A DNA stretch of 64,000 bases, taken from the NCBI GenBank assembly GCA_029858285.1, contig JAOUFN010000002.1, forward strand, positions 77,896 to 141,895, given 5' to 3'. Below the pieces are notes generated by a model. The model ran no database searches. It saw only the letters and a list, made by a program, of their open reading frames with translations, and was not told the origin of the DNA. Position numbers and translations under genes: made by a program. Source of the stretch: Nitrospirota bacterium. Its GTDB lineage: Bacteria > Nitrospirota > JACRHL01. This document shows positions 19,552 through 29,679 of the stretch, in pieces; position 1 is the stretch's first letter, and each line of letters opens with the position of its first letter.

Positions 19552-21767
19552 GTCAGGGGCTGCACATCGCCATGCTCTCGGTGCACGGCCTGATCCGCGC
19601 CGAACACCCGGAACTGGGGTGTGACGCCGACACCGGTGGCCAGATCACCTATGTGCTGGATCTGGCCCGCCACCTCGCCCGCCACCCCAGGGTGACGCGG
19701 GTGGACCTGTTCACCCGTCAGGTTTTCGACCCCGCAGTGTCTCCCGATTACGCCCGCCCCGTCGAACCGCTGGGGGAGGACGGCGCCCGCATCGTGCGCA
19801 TTCCATGCGGACCGCGCAAATACCTGCGCAAGGAGAGCCTGTGGCCCTACCTCGACGAGTTCGTGGACCGCACCGTGAATTTCCTGCGGCGCGAGGGACA
19901 CCCCCCCCACCTGTTTCACAGCCATTACGCCGATGCCGGATATGTGGGGCACGAACTGTCGCGCTTTCTGGGCATCCCCCTGTTCCACACCGGCCACTCT
20001 CTGGGGCGCACCAAGCGTGACCGCCTGCTGGCGTCGGGCGAGGCCGCCGACACCATCGAGCTGCGTTACCGCCTGCGCCAGCGCATCCGGGTGGAGGAGC
20101 GGGTGTTCCAGCACGCCGCGTGCGTCATCTGCTCTACCCGTCAGGAGGCGGACACCCAGTGGGGCATGTACCAGAACGCCTACGATACCGAATTGCTGGT
20201 GCTGCCCCCCGGCACCGACGCCAGCCTGTTTTCGCCCCCTGCTCGCCACTGGCATCCGCCCCCCATCCGCTACGAGGTGGACCAGTTCCTGCGCCACCCG
20301 CGCCGCCCCATGATCCTCGCCCTGGCGCGCGCCGACCCGCGCAAGAACCTGCGGCGGCTGATGCAGGCTTATGCCCGTTCGCCGCGCTTGCAGGACATGG
20401 CCAACCTGGTAATCGTGGCCGGCAACCGCGACGACGCCCGCGACTTGCCCGGCTCCTCCCGCGACGAGATGACCCAGTTGCTGCTCGACGTGGACAAATT
20501 CGAACTGTACGGCAAGGTGGCCCTGCCCAAACACCACGACGTAACGGAAGTGCCGGAACTCTACCGTCTGGCGGTACGGCGGCGCGGCGTGTTCGTGAAT
20601 GCGGCGCTCACGGAACCGTTCGGCCTGACCCTGATCGAGGCCGCCGCCTCCGGCCTGCCGGTGGTGGCCACCCACGACGGCGGCCCGCGCGACATCATTC
20701 ACAACTGCCGCAACGGCCTTCTGGTAGACCCTCTGGACGTCGGCGCCATCGCCCGCGCCATCGAGGAGGTGCTGTCGGATCGTGCCCGCTGGCGGCGTTT
20801 TTCAGAGGCCGGGCGCGCCGGGGTGCGGCGCCACTACACCTGGACCGCACATGTGAACCGCTATGTGCGGCAGGTGGAATCTGCCATCCAGCGCCTGCGC
20901 CCCAAGGGCGTGCCCCGGCGCAAAACCGACGCACAACGGAGGCGCATGCTGACCTTTGACCGATTGCTGGTCTGCGACATCGACAACACCCTGGTGGGCG
21001 ACCCCGTCGCCCTGGAAAAACTGCTCGCGCTGTTGCGCCGGGAGCACCAGCACCTGGGCTTCGGAGTGGCCACCGGGCGCTCCCTGGAACTGACCCTGGA
21101 GGTACTGGAGCAGCACCGCATCCATCGCCCCGACATGCTCATCACCAGTGTCGGCACCGAGATCCACGAAGGGCCCTACCACGATCCGGCGGACGGCTGG
21201 ACCCAGCACATCAGCCACCGCTGGAACCGGGACGCCGTGGTGGCCGAACTGGCCGACGTGGAGGGGCTGGAGTTGCAGGGCGAGGACGGACAACGCCCGT
21301 TCAAGGTCAGCTACTTTGTGGACGGCCTGCGGGCTGCCCGCGACGATGACGCCGATGCGGTGCAGGACGGCGGACGGCGCATTGAGCGGGAGGTGGCCGA
21401 ACGCCTGCGCAAGGCCCGTGTCCGCTTTACCACCGTGTTTTCCCACGGTCAGTTCCTCGACATCCTGCCGCTGCGGGCCAGCAAGGGCAAGGCCATCCGC
21501 TACCTGGCCGACAAGTGGGGAATCCCCTACGACCGCATCCTGGTGGCGGGGGACTCCGGCAACGACGAAGAGATGCTGCGTGGCGACACCCTGGGGGTGG
21601 TGGTGGGCAACTACAGCGCCGAGCTGGAACCCCTGCGGCGCTACTCGCGCGTCCATTTCGCCACCGGACATTACGCCGCTGGTATCCTCGAAGGGATCGC
21701 CCATTACCGCTTTCTGGAACCCCGCCAGGCACCGGCAAATATCCAGCAATCACAGGAGCACTCATGA
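19548..21767 (+). CDS. sps: Sucrose-phosphate synthase (GT4) with C-terminal sucrose-phosphatase-like HAD domain
   Basis: MLSVHGLIR...[20 protein letters not shown]-terminus; GT4 core; C-terminal [15 protein letters not shown] motif I. The start was set at the ATG at 19548 (MSQGLHIAM), coupled to the fructokinase stop. Confidence 0.9.
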   Translation: MSQGLHIAMLSVHGLIRAEHPELGCDADTGGQITYVLDLARHLARHPRVTRVDLFTRQVFDPAVSPDYARPVEPLGEDGARIVRIPCGPRKYLRKESLWPYLDEFVDRTVNFLRREGHPPHLFHSHYADAGYVGHELSRFLGIPLFHTGHSLGRTKRDRLLASGEAADTIELRYRLRQRIRVEERVFQHAACVICSTRQEADTQWGMYQNAYDTELLVLPPGTDASLFSPPARHWHPPPIRYEVDQFLRHPRRPMILALARADPRKNLRRLMQAYARSPRLQDMANLVIVAGNRDDARDLPGSSRDEMTQLLLDVDKFELYGKVALPKHHDVTEVPELYRLAVRRRGVFVNAALTEPFGLTLIEAAASGLPVVATHDGGPRDIIHNCRNGLLVDPLDVGAIARAIEEVLSDRARWRRFSEAGRAGVRRHYTWTAHVNRYVRQVESAIQRLRPKGVPRRKTDAQRRRMLTFDRLLVCDIDNTLVGDPVALEKLLALLRREHQHLGFGVATGRSLELTLEVLEQHRIHRPDMLITSVGTEIHEGPYHDPADGWTQHISHRWNRDAVVAELADVEGLELQGEDGQRPFKVSYFVDGLRAARDDDADAVQDGGRRIEREVAERLRKARVRFTTVFSHGQFLDILPLRASKGKAIRYLADKWGIPYDRILVAGDSGNDEEMLRGDTLGVVVGNYSAELEPLRRYSRVHFATGHYAAGILEGIAHYRFLEPRQAPANIQQSQEHS

Positions 21768-24169
21768 TCTCCCGCGTCGAAGCCAGTTTTACCCAGCAGC
21801 GCGAAGCCCTCTACCCCCTGTTTCGGCAACTGACCCTGGTGGGCCGTCCGTTCCTGCTGCGCAGCGACATCCTGGACCGGGTGCGGCAGTTCCGCGCCAC
21901 CGATCCCGCAGTGGACGCCTGCCTGTCCGAAGGCCCCATGGAGCAGTGGTTCCGCCAGGTTCAGGAAGCGGTGGTGGGCAACGGCTGGATATGCCTGGGA
22001 GTACGTACCGACATCGCCCGCTGGCGCTACGTGCGGGTGGACCTGGAAGAGATGCACGTCGAATCGGTCACCCCCCAGGCCTACCTTGAGATGAAGGAGC
22101 AGGCGGTGCTCGGCACCCTGCCGTTCGACGCCCACCCGCTGGAGGTGGACACCGGCCCGTTCTCCCACGGCTTTCCAAAAATGACCAAGACCGCCAGCAT
22201 TGGACGCGGCGTGGAGTTCCTCAACCGCCACCTGGCCAGCCAGATGTTCCGTGACCGCGCGGCGGCAAGCGCGCAGATGCTGAATTTTCTCAAGCTGCAC
22301 CACGTGGACGGCCGTTCTCTGATGCTCAACGAGCGCATCGCCGATGCGGCAGCCCTCGCGGACCGGCTGCGGGAGGCGGTGGACCTCGCCCGTTCCAACC
22401 CCCCGGCCACCCCGTGGACGGAACTGGCCGCCCCCCTGCAGGAGATGGGCTTCGAACCCGGCTGGGGCGGCACCGCCGCTCGCGTGCGGGAGACCATGGA
22501 ACTGCTCTCCGACGTGCTGGAGGCACCGGAGCCCGCCGGGCTGGAGCGCTTCCTGTCACGCATCCCGATGATTTTCCGGATCGCCATCATCTCGCCCCAC
22601 GGCTGGTTCGGCCAGAAGGGGGTGCTGGGGCGGCCGGACACCGGCGGCCAGGTGGTATACATTCTGGATCAGGTGCGTGCCCTGGAGGCGCACATGTGCC
22701 GTTGGTTCGCGGATCAGGGGGTGGACGTCACGCCGCGCATCCTGATCGTCACCCGCCTCATCCCGGAGGCGGAAGAAACCACCTGCAACCAGCGCCTGGA
22801 GGCGGTGCACGGCTGCCGCCACGCGGCCATCCTGCGGGTGCCGTTCCGGGAACGCGGCGGCAACGTGGTGCCACACTGGATCAGCCGCTTCTCGGTGTGG
22901 CCCTACCTGGAGCGCTTTGCCCTGGAAACCGAACGGGAACTGCTGGCGGAGATGGGCCACCGCCCGGATCTGGTGATCGGCAACTACTCCGACGGCAACC
23001 TGGTGGCCTCCATCCTTGCCCACCGGTTGGGCGTCACCCAGTGCAACGTGGCCCACGCCCTGGAAAAATCCAAATACGTACTGTCCGACCTGTACTGGCG
23101 CGACAACGAGGAGCCGTACCATTTCTCCACCCAGTTCACCGCCGACCTCATCGCCATGAACACGGCGGATTTCATCATCACCAGCACTTATCAGGAGATC
23201 GCCGGCACCACCGACACCGCCGGACAGTACGAAAGCTACACCCAGTTCACCCTGCCCGGCCTGTACCGGGTGGTGAATGGCATCGACCTGTTCGATCCCA
23301 AGTTCAACATCGTCTCCCCCGGAGCGGCGGCCGATATCTATTTTCCGTGGTTCGAAGGCGAGCGCCGCCTGCCCGGCCTGCAACCGGAACTGGAAACCCT
23401 GCTGTTCGGCAATCCCCCCGACGGGGTGCCGTTCCGGGGCCATTTGGCCCACCCGGAGCGGCCGGTGATCCTGAGCATGGCGCGCCTCGACCGCATCAAA
23501 AACCTGACCGGACTGGTGGACGCCTTTGGCTCCAGCCCACGTCTGCGGGAACAGGCCAATCTGGTGATCATCGGCGGCCGCGACGTCAATCCCGATGCCA
23601 TGAACGACACCGAGGAGGCCGACGAGGCGCGGCGCATGCACGAGTTGATGAGCCAGCACGGACTGGATGACCAGGTGCGCTGGCTGGCGGTGCATCTGGG
23701 CAAGCCCCAGGCGGGAGAGTTGTACCGGATGATCGCCGACCGCCGGGGGGTGTTTGTGCAGCCGGCGCGCTTCGAGGCCTTCGGGCTCACGGTGATCGAG
23801 GCCATGGTGTCCGGGCTGCCCACTTTCGCCACCTGTTATGGCGGCCCGCTGGAGATCATCGAGGACGGCCACAGCGGCTTCCACATCGACCCCATCCACC
23901 CCCGACAGATGGCCGAGCGCGTCGCGGATTTTCTGGAACGCGCCGCCAGTCTGCCGGAGATTTGGCAGGCCGTGTCACGTCAGGGGGTGGAGCGCGTACA
24001 TCAGCGCTACACGTGGGATCTTTATGCCGAGCGCCTGATGACCCTTTCCAAGGTGTACGGGTTCTGGCGCTTCGTCTCCGATCTGGAGCGGCGCGAGACG
24101 GTGCGCTATCTGGAGATGTTCTATCACCTCCAGTACCGCCCCCTGGCAGAGCGCATCGGCGAGAGCTGA
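21764..24169 (+). CDS. sus: Sucrose synthase
   Basis: About 800 aa with the [15 protein letters not shown] motif and GT4 C-terminal half. The start ATG at 21764 (MISRVEAS) overlaps the SPS stop (ATGA), with a CAGGAG ribosome-binding site. Confidence 0.92.
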   Translation: MISRVEASFTQQREALYPLFRQLTLVGRPFLLRSDILDRVRQFRATDPAVDACLSEGPMEQWFRQVQEAVVGNGWICLGVRTDIARWRYVRVDLEEMHVESVTPQAYLEMKEQAVLGTLPFDAHPLEVDTGPFSHGFPKMTKTASIGRGVEFLNRHLASQMFRDRAAASAQMLNFLKLHHVDGRSLMLNERIADAAALADRLREAVDLARSNPPATPWTELAAPLQEMGFEPGWGGTAARVRETMELLSDVLEAPEPAGLERFLSRIPMIFRIAIISPHGWFGQKGVLGRPDTGGQVVYILDQVRALEAHMCRWFADQGVDVTPRILIVTRLIPEAEETTCNQRLEAVHGCRHAAILRVPFRERGGNVVPHWISRFSVWPYLERFALETERELLAEMGHRPDLVIGNYSDGNLVASILAHRLGVTQCNVAHALEKSKYVLSDLYWRDNEEPYHFSTQFTADLIAMNTADFIITSTYQEIAGTTDTAGQYESYTQFTLPGLYRVVNGIDLFDPKFNIVSPGAAADIYFPWFEGERRLPGLQPELETLLFGNPPDGVPFRGHLAHPERPVILSMARLDRIKNLTGLVDAFGSSPRLREQANLVIIGGRDVNPDAMNDTEEADEARRMHELMSQHGLDDQVRWLAVHLGKPQAGELYRMIADRRGVFVQPARFEAFGLTVIEAMVSGLPTFATCYGGPLEIIEDGHSGFHIDPIHPRQMAERVADFLERAASLPEIWQAVSRQGVERVHQRYTWDLYAERLMTLSKVYGFWRFVSDLERRETVRYLEMFYHLQYRPLAERIGES

Positions 24170-24196
24170 TCCCTCCGCACTGCCTTTCCGGTCATG

Positions 24197-24222
24197 CAAT
24201 CCGCTCATGCAGTCGGATTTTG
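24197..24222 (+). terminator. Possible rho-independent terminator after sus (hairpin plus TTTT), convergent with thiO
   Basis: CAATCCG...CGGATT stem with a 10-nt loop, followed by TTTT at 24218-24221. Confidence 0.35.
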
Positions 24223-24246
24223 CCCGTCCGGTTTTCCCGGATGGTT

Positions 24247-25425
24247 TCAGGCCGGGAAACCCAGCGCGGCGTGAGCTTCCCTTTTGCGGTCCACGGCAAA
24301 CGCCTCCAGCCCCACCGGAGGGGCGCGGTCGGTAATCAGGCAGGCCATGGCCTCGGCGGTGGCAGGGGCCAGAATCACCCCGTTGCGATAGTGCCCGGCG
24401 GCCACGAACAGGTTGTCCAGACCCGGCGCCTGCCCCAGAAACGGCAGTCCGTCCGGGGTGCCGGGACGGAAGCCGGTCCACTGCCGCTCCACCTCTGCCT
24501 CCGCCAGACAGGGGGTCATGGACAGCAGCGCCCCGGACAAAAAATGCATGGCCTCCAGTGTGGTGGTGCGGTCGAACCCGGCCATTTCCATGGTGGCCCC
24601 CACCAAAATGCGGCCGTCGGCGCGCGGCACCAGATAGGCGCGGTCGTGCTTGACGATGCGGCGAAGGGTGCCGGGGGCGGTCTTGAGCAGCAGGATCTGC
24701 CCCTTTACCGGTGCCACCGGCAAGGCCAGCCCGGCGTGCTCCCCCAGTTGTCCGCTCCACGCCCCGGCGGCCAGTAGCACCCGTCCGGCGGAAAAACGCC
24801 CGGCGGAGGTCACCACCGCGTTCACCCGCCCTCGGGCGATTTCCCAGCCTGTTACCTCGGCATCGCCGACGACAACCACCCCGGCCGCCCGCGCCGCCGC
24901 CTCGGCGGCTTTTGCCAGACGCGGATTGCGAATCTGCCGCACCTCGGGCCAGAACAGCGCCCCGCACACCGACTCCGCCAGACACGGCTCGATCCCTCGC
25001 GCCGCCACGCCGTCCAGCCGTTGCACCGGCCACCCAAAACGCCCGCTCCACGGCTGGGCTCCCGCCAGGTCCGCCCACTCGGAGGCATGGAACACCGGGA
25101 TCAACAGACCGCTGGCGCGCATCTGCGGGTCCACCCCGGAGACCTCTTTCAAGTCCGCCACCAGCCCCGGATACAGGGCCAGGCTGCGGTTGACCAGGTG
25201 GCTCAGGGCATCCGGATATTTCCAGGGATAGATGGGCGAAAGGATGCCCGCCCCCGCCCAGGACGACTCCTTGAGCGGGCTGCCCCGCTCCAGCACCATC
25301 ACCCTGAGGCCGTCCCGCGCCAGCGCCAGGGCGCTCAACATGCCGATGATACCGCCCCCCACGACCAGCACGTCCGGCGTGGTCTGCGGGTGCGGCGGTG
25401 AAAATGCCTGACTGCTCGCGGCCAC
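24247..25425 (-). CDS. thiO: FAD-dependent glycine oxidase ThiO / D-amino-acid oxidase family
   Basis: DVLVVGGGIIGMLSALALARDGLRVMVLE dinucleotide-binding fold and ThiO-like length. The start was set at the GTG at 25425 (AGGGGGG ribosome-binding site); the ORF-track start at 25626 would add an implausible 67-aa extension. Confidence 0.75.
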   Translation of the reverse strand: MAASSQAFSPPHPQTTPDVLVVGGGIIGMLSALALARDGLRVMVLERGSPLKESSWAGAGILSPIYPWKYPDALSHLVNRSLALYPGLVADLKEVSGVDPQMRASGLLIPVFHASEWADLAGAQPWSGRFGWPVQRLDGVAARGIEPCLAESVCGALFWPEVRQIRNPRLAKAAEAAARAAGVVVVGDAEVTGWEIARGRVNAVVTSAGRFSAGRVLLAAGAWSGQLGEHAGLALPVAPVKGQILLLKTAPGTLRRIVKHDRAYLVPRADGRILVGATMEMAGFDRTTTLEAMHFLSGALLSMTPCLAEAEVERQWTGFRPGTPDGLPFLGQAPGLDNLFVAAGHYRNGVILAPATAEAMACLITDRAPPVGLEAFAVDRKREAHAALGFPA

Positions 25426-25706
25426 TCGCCCCCCTTCGTCAAATAGTTGACGAATCTGTTTTGATGTCCCATTGTCCGCCCTTTTCACCTGTCGGGGCAA
25501 GCCGTTGCGCGGCATCTCTCCCGATTTGACGGAGGACCAAAAAGGCCATTCCGGACCATGGATCGTCAAAACCACGGCGATTTTTCCGTTTCCCGCAGCC
25601 GGGATGGGTCCTTTGGATGCCCGCAAAGTGCCCCATATCGGCGTCGGGATTGTTGAAAAAAGAGCGGCATGGGAGGTCTTTTAAAATTTCTTCCGCGATT
25701 TGGCGG

Positions 25707-25725
25707 AACATGGCACTGGCATTGC
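25707..25725 (+). promoter_or_regulatory. Sigma-54 (-24/-12) promoter: TGGCAC-N5-TTGC
   Basis: GGAACATGGCACTGGCATTGCTC. GG at 25711-12 and GC at 25723-24 have the exact GG-N10-GC spacing, oriented toward flhG-fliA-che. Confidence 0.55.
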
Positions 25726-26039
25726 TCTTATCCCCCGGGAAGGTCGCCACCCCCGCCCCGCCGACACGGCAAAAGGTGTCTGGCGGGGAGCCATCGGGGG
25801 CGGGAACGGCGGCCACGAAAACCACCCGGGTGGAAATTCTCCCGCGTCCCGCAAAACGGTGCCGCACTAGGGGGCGGGTGGTGCAGAACAATTTTTTTTC
25901 GGGGTACCTGCCACGACCGCGGAGGACGGCGCCCCAACGGGATGGTCATAAGGATGCGACAGCCCGAAGCACACATCAATATCGACGACGACATCGTCAC
26001 CGGCGTGACGCTGGTCGTCAGCCGCACGGGCATTCGGCC

Positions 26040-26918
26040 GTGAGCCGTCACCCGGACAAACGCCCCCGCGCACCCCGCGCCGCCGGTGCAGGCGTCGCTG
26101 CGGAGCGTCCGGCTTTGGGGCGGGTGCTGGCGGTGACCTCCGGCAAGGGCGGGGTGGGCAAGACCGGCATTGCCCTCAACCTGTCCGCCTGCCTCGCCGC
26201 GCGCGGCAACCGGGTGTTGCTGCTGGATGGCGATCTGGGGCTGGGCAATGTGGATGTAATGGTCGGGCTCACGCCGACGCGCTCCCTCGATCAGGTGTTG
26301 AACGGCGGCTTTTCCCTGGCGGATGTCATTCTGGAAGGTCCGGCGGGGTTGCGCATCATTCCTGCCGGCACCGGCGTGGCGCGCCTCGCCCGCCTCGGCA
26401 AGGACGGTCAGCGGACCTTGCTGGCGCAGGTGGCGGCCCTGACCCCACCGCCGGACTACCTGATTGTGGACACCAGTTCCGGCATCGGCGACAACGTGCG
26501 CTTTCTGGCCGCGTGTGCCCAGGAGGTGCTGGTGGTGACCACCCCCGAGCCCACCGCCGTAACCGACGCCTACGCCCTGATGAAGGTGTTGGCGCGCACC
26601 CAGGGCACGCGCCGTTTTCGGCTGGTGGTGAATCTGGCCGAGACCGAGGCCGTGGCGCTGGAGGTTTACCACCGCCTGAGCGTGGTGGCCGATCGTTTTC
26701 TGGGGGTGGGGCTGGATTTGGCGGGATTTGTGCCGCCGGACCGCGCCGTGCCTGCGGCGGTGCAGCGCCGCAACGGGGTATTGACCACCGGTCACGCCGC
26801 CGGCGCCATGCGGCGCCTGGCGGAGACCGTGGCCGGATGGCGCCCCGGAGAGCCGACCCACGGGGGATTGCAGTTGTTCGTAAATCAAATGGCGGAGCCA
26901 GGGGATTCCGCTTCCTGA
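26040..26918 (+). CDS. flhG: Flagellar number/placement ATPase FlhG (FleN, MinD/ParA family)
   Basis: Deviant Walker A VTSGKGGVGKTGIALNL and MinD-like core. The start was chosen at the GTG at 26040; upstream of it the track ORF (from 25617) is low-complexity and Arg-rich. Confidence 0.75.
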   Translation: MSRHPDKRPRAPRAAGAGVAAERPALGRVLAVTSGKGGVGKTGIALNLSACLAARGNRVLLLDGDLGLGNVDVMVGLTPTRSLDQVLNGGFSLADVILEGPAGLRIIPAGTGVARLARLGKDGQRTLLAQVAALTPPPDYLIVDTSSGIGDNVRFLAACAQEVLVVTTPEPTAVTDAYALMKVLARTQGTRRFRLVVNLAETEAVALEVYHRLSVVADRFLGVGLDLAGFVPPDRAVPAAVQRRNGVLTTGHAAGAMRRLAETVAGWRPGEPTHGGLQLFVNQMAEPGDSAS

Positions 26919-26919
26919 C

Positions 26920-27798
26920 ATGCAGGAGGAGCACAACGTGGACAACGCCCAACCTCGCGACTACGGCGTCGGGGTATCCCATATCGCCCTGGAGGTCCAG
27001 GAGCGACTGATCGCGGAGTTCGCCCCCAAGATCCGCATCATGGCCAACCGGCTGGCCACGCGCCTGCCGGCCCACCTGGACGTGGATGACATCATCAACG
27101 TCGGGGTGATCGGCTTGATGGACGCGATGACCAAGTACGACCCGAACCGGGAAACCCTGTTCAAGACCTACGCGGAGTTTCGCATCCGGGGCGCCATGCT
27201 GGACGAGATCCGCGCCATGGACTGGGTGCCGCGCAGCATCCGCGAAAAAGCCGCCCGCCTGCGCGGCGCCTATCAGTCTCTGGAGCAGAAGCTGGGCCGC
27301 CCGGCCTCCGAGGAGGAGGTGTCCGCCGCCCTCGGCGTGGACCTGCCGACGCTGCACAAACTGTTGCAGCAGGTCTCCCACACCGCAGTGCTGAGCCTGG
27401 ACGATCTGGGGGTGGATTCGGACCGCGAGATGAACATCCTCGACTGCATCGCCCAGGAAGGGGTTCCCGATCCCCTCGCCAACCTGATCCAGCAGGACAT
27501 GTGGGATCTGCTGGGCGAGGCCATCGAGCACCTGCCCAAAAAGGAACGTCTGGTGGTCACCCTCTATTACTACGAGGAGCTCACCATGCGCGAAATCGGC
27601 AACGTATTGAACATTACCGAGTCCCGCGTATCCCAGTTGCACAGCCAGGCAATCCTGCGCATCAAGGGCAAAATAGCCTCGGTTCGCAGCAGTCGCGGGC
27701 GGCAGTCCGTCCGCAGCAAAGGTTCTCTCAAGGATGCCGGCCACGGAACCGAGAAGAACCGCAGGTATGTTCTCAGCACCCCTTCCGGGCGTGCGTGA
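26920..27798 (+). CDS. fliA: Flagellar sigma factor sigma-28 (FliA)
   Basis: Sigma-70 region 2 ([20 protein letters not shown]) and region 4 ([29 protein letters not shown]), directly after flhG. Confidence 0.9.
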   Translation: MQEEHNVDNAQPRDYGVGVSHIALEVQERLIAEFAPKIRIMANRLATRLPAHLDVDDIINVGVIGLMDAMTKYDPNRETLFKTYAEFRIRGAMLDEIRAMDWVPRSIREKAARLRGAYQSLEQKLGRPASEEEVSAALGVDLPTLHKLLQQVSHTAVLSLDDLGVDSDREMNILDCIAQEGVPDPLANLIQQDMWDLLGEAIEHLPKKERLVVTLYYYEELTMREIGNVLNITESRVSQLHSQAILRIKGKIASVRSSRGRQSVRSKGSLKDAGHGTEKNRRYVLSTPSGRA

Positions 27799-27844
27799 GA
27801 CTTCGGAATCAGCTCCACGACCGGAAGAAGGGAAAGAGGGTGCC

Positions 27845-28210
27845 ATGAAGTTTTTGGTTGTCGATGATTTTTCGACCATGCGCCGCATTGTCCGCAACAT
27901 TCTCAAGCAGATCGGTTACACCGATGTGGAGGAAGCGGAGAACGGCAAGGACGCGCTGGACAAGCTGAAGGCGAGTCACTACGACTTTATTATCTCCGAC
28001 TGGAACATGCCCACCATGACCGGCCTGGAGCTGCTCAAGGCGGTGCGCGAGGATTCGGGCCTTAAAGGGACCCCGTTCCTGATGGTGACCGCCGAGTCCA
28101 AGCAGGAAAACGTCGTGGAAGCCATTCAGGCGGGGGTCAGCAACTACATCGTGAAGCCGTTCACAGCCGACGTTCTGAAGGGCAAGATCGACAAGATTCT
28201 GGCCTCCTGA
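27845..28210 (+). CDS. cheY: Chemotaxis response regulator CheY
   Basis: [16 protein letters not shown]...[10 protein letters not shown] receiver domain of 121 aa. The ATG at 27845 is preceded by a GGAAAGAGGG ribosome-binding site. Confidence 0.9.
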   Translation: MKFLVVDDFSTMRRIVRNILKQIGYTDVEEAENGKDALDKLKASHYDFIISDWNMPTMTGLELLKAVREDSGLKGTPFLMVTAESKQENVVEAIQAGVSNYIVKPFTADVLKGKIDKILAS

Positions 28211-28251
28211 GTCCCCTCCCCAGTCCAACGTAACCACGGGAGAGGCACACC

Positions 28252-29604
28252 ATGGCGGAACATCGTTCCACGGTCCGCGGCGGTACGACCATGCGACAAA
28301 TGGTCGGCTTCCGGCTGGGAACCGAAAAATTCGCCATCGATATCGGCAAGATCCACGAAATCATCAAGCCGCGTCCGGTCACCATGCTGCCCGACATACC
28401 CGAGGGGTATTCCGGGATGATCCAGTTGCGTGACCGCGTGGTGGTGATGGCCGATCTGCACCTGCGTTTCGGTCTTCCCCCCCACCAGGGAGGCAAGGAC
28501 GCGCGCATCATCGTGCTGGAGCGCCCCGGGCAACCGGTGGGGATTCTGGTGGATGCGGTGTCCGAAGTGGTGCGCTTTTCCCCCCAGATGATCGAATCGC
28601 CACCCGATTTCAGCAACGGCGCCCGGGTGGCCTGCATCGACGGAGTGGGCAAGCTGGGTGGCGAACTGCTCACCATCCTCAATCTGGACGTGCTGTTCAC
28701 CCAGTCCGACATCGTCCTCGCCGATCTGGGCCGGAAAAAGGCCGCCAAGGCGGCGGCAACACCGGCCAAGGCCGACCGGCCCGATGCCAACGCCACTGCG
28801 GAGCAGCCGGAAAAACACCCCGCGGAGACCGAGCCTGCCGGGCCGGAGTCCGCATCCATGACCGAACCCGAAACCGAGACCGCCGCAATGCCGGAGTCTC
28901 CATCATCCGATCCCGACTGGGCACCGCTGGCGGCCACCCCGCTGCCGCCGTCCGCGCCGGGGGAACCCACGGACGAAGCAATCACGAGCGAACCGGGAGC
29001 CGACATCATGAACGACGACCTTTATCAGGACCTGGGACATCTGGCCCGGTACATCAACAGGGCCCACCAGTCCTTCAACGCCTCCCTTCAGGATGACGAG
29101 CCGATTCGCGTCAAGGCCAAAGACCTGCCTACCGCCACCGACATCCTGCAACAGGTAACGCTGGATACCGAAAACGCCACCATGCGCATCATGTCCGGGG
29201 TGGAAGAGGCCAGTGGCTCCCTGAACAAACTGCGCGGCATCATCGACGAACTCGACGCGGCCATCCCCGCCTCCAGCGAGGAGCGCGCCAAGGCCGGCGA
29301 CATCATCGAGCGCATGCGCGACGAGATCACCGGCGTGGAATCCCTCCAGGACCAGACCCTGATCACCCTCTCCTTCCAGGACCTCACCGGCCAGAAGATC
29401 AAGCAGGTGATGGCGCTGATGATGGAGATCGAGGAGCGCATCCTCGGCATGGTGGTGAAATTCGGTGTTGGCCGCGCCGACGAGGCCGCGCAGGAAGTCG
29501 CCACGCAGGACGTGGCGGAGCGCATCGACGACGTGCGCGCCAAGCCGAACCCCGGCCTGCGCCAGGACCGCGTGGACAGCCTGCTGGCGGATTTCGGGTT
29601 CTAA
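28252..29604 (+). CDS. cheZ: CheW-domain / CheZ phosphatase fusion protein
   Basis: Residues ~1-150 form a CheW-like domain (FRLGTEKFAIDIGKIHEII...GILVDAVSEV). A Pro/Glu/Ala/Thr-rich linker follows. Residues ~240-450 form a full CheZ domain (SFQDLTGQKIKQVMALMMEIEERIL and the C-terminal CheY-binding tail DSLLADFGF). All of this sits in one uninterrupted frame. Confidence 0.8.
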   Translation: MAEHRSTVRGGTTMRQMVGFRLGTEKFAIDIGKIHEIIKPRPVTMLPDIPEGYSGMIQLRDRVVVMADLHLRFGLPPHQGGKDARIIVLERPGQPVGILVDAVSEVVRFSPQMIESPPDFSNGARVACIDGVGKLGGELLTILNLDVLFTQSDIVLADLGRKKAAKAAATPAKADRPDANATAEQPEKHPAETEPAGPESASMTEPETETAAMPESPSSDPDWAPLAATPLPPSAPGEPTDEAITSEPGADIMNDDLYQDLGHLARYINRAHQSFNASLQDDEPIRVKAKDLPTATDILQQVTLDTENATMRIMSGVEEASGSLNKLRGIIDELDAAIPASSEERAKAGDIIERMRDEITGVESLQDQTLITLSFQDLTGQKIKQVMALMMEIEERILGMVVKFGVGRADEAAQEVATQDVAERIDDVRAKPNPGLRQDRVDSLLADFGF

Positions 29605-29679
29605 AAACCGCATTCAGCGGACCGGAAGGGGACCCCGGGCAGAGGGAACAGACAAGGGAACAGGGACACAGGGGAAGCG

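Noticed and set aside
25617-26039. N-terminal 140-aa extension of the flhG ORF listed in the ORF track
   Set aside because: The translation is low-complexity and Arg/Pro-rich with no FlhF or other domain. A GTG at 26040 gives a normal-length FlhG starting just before the Walker A motif.
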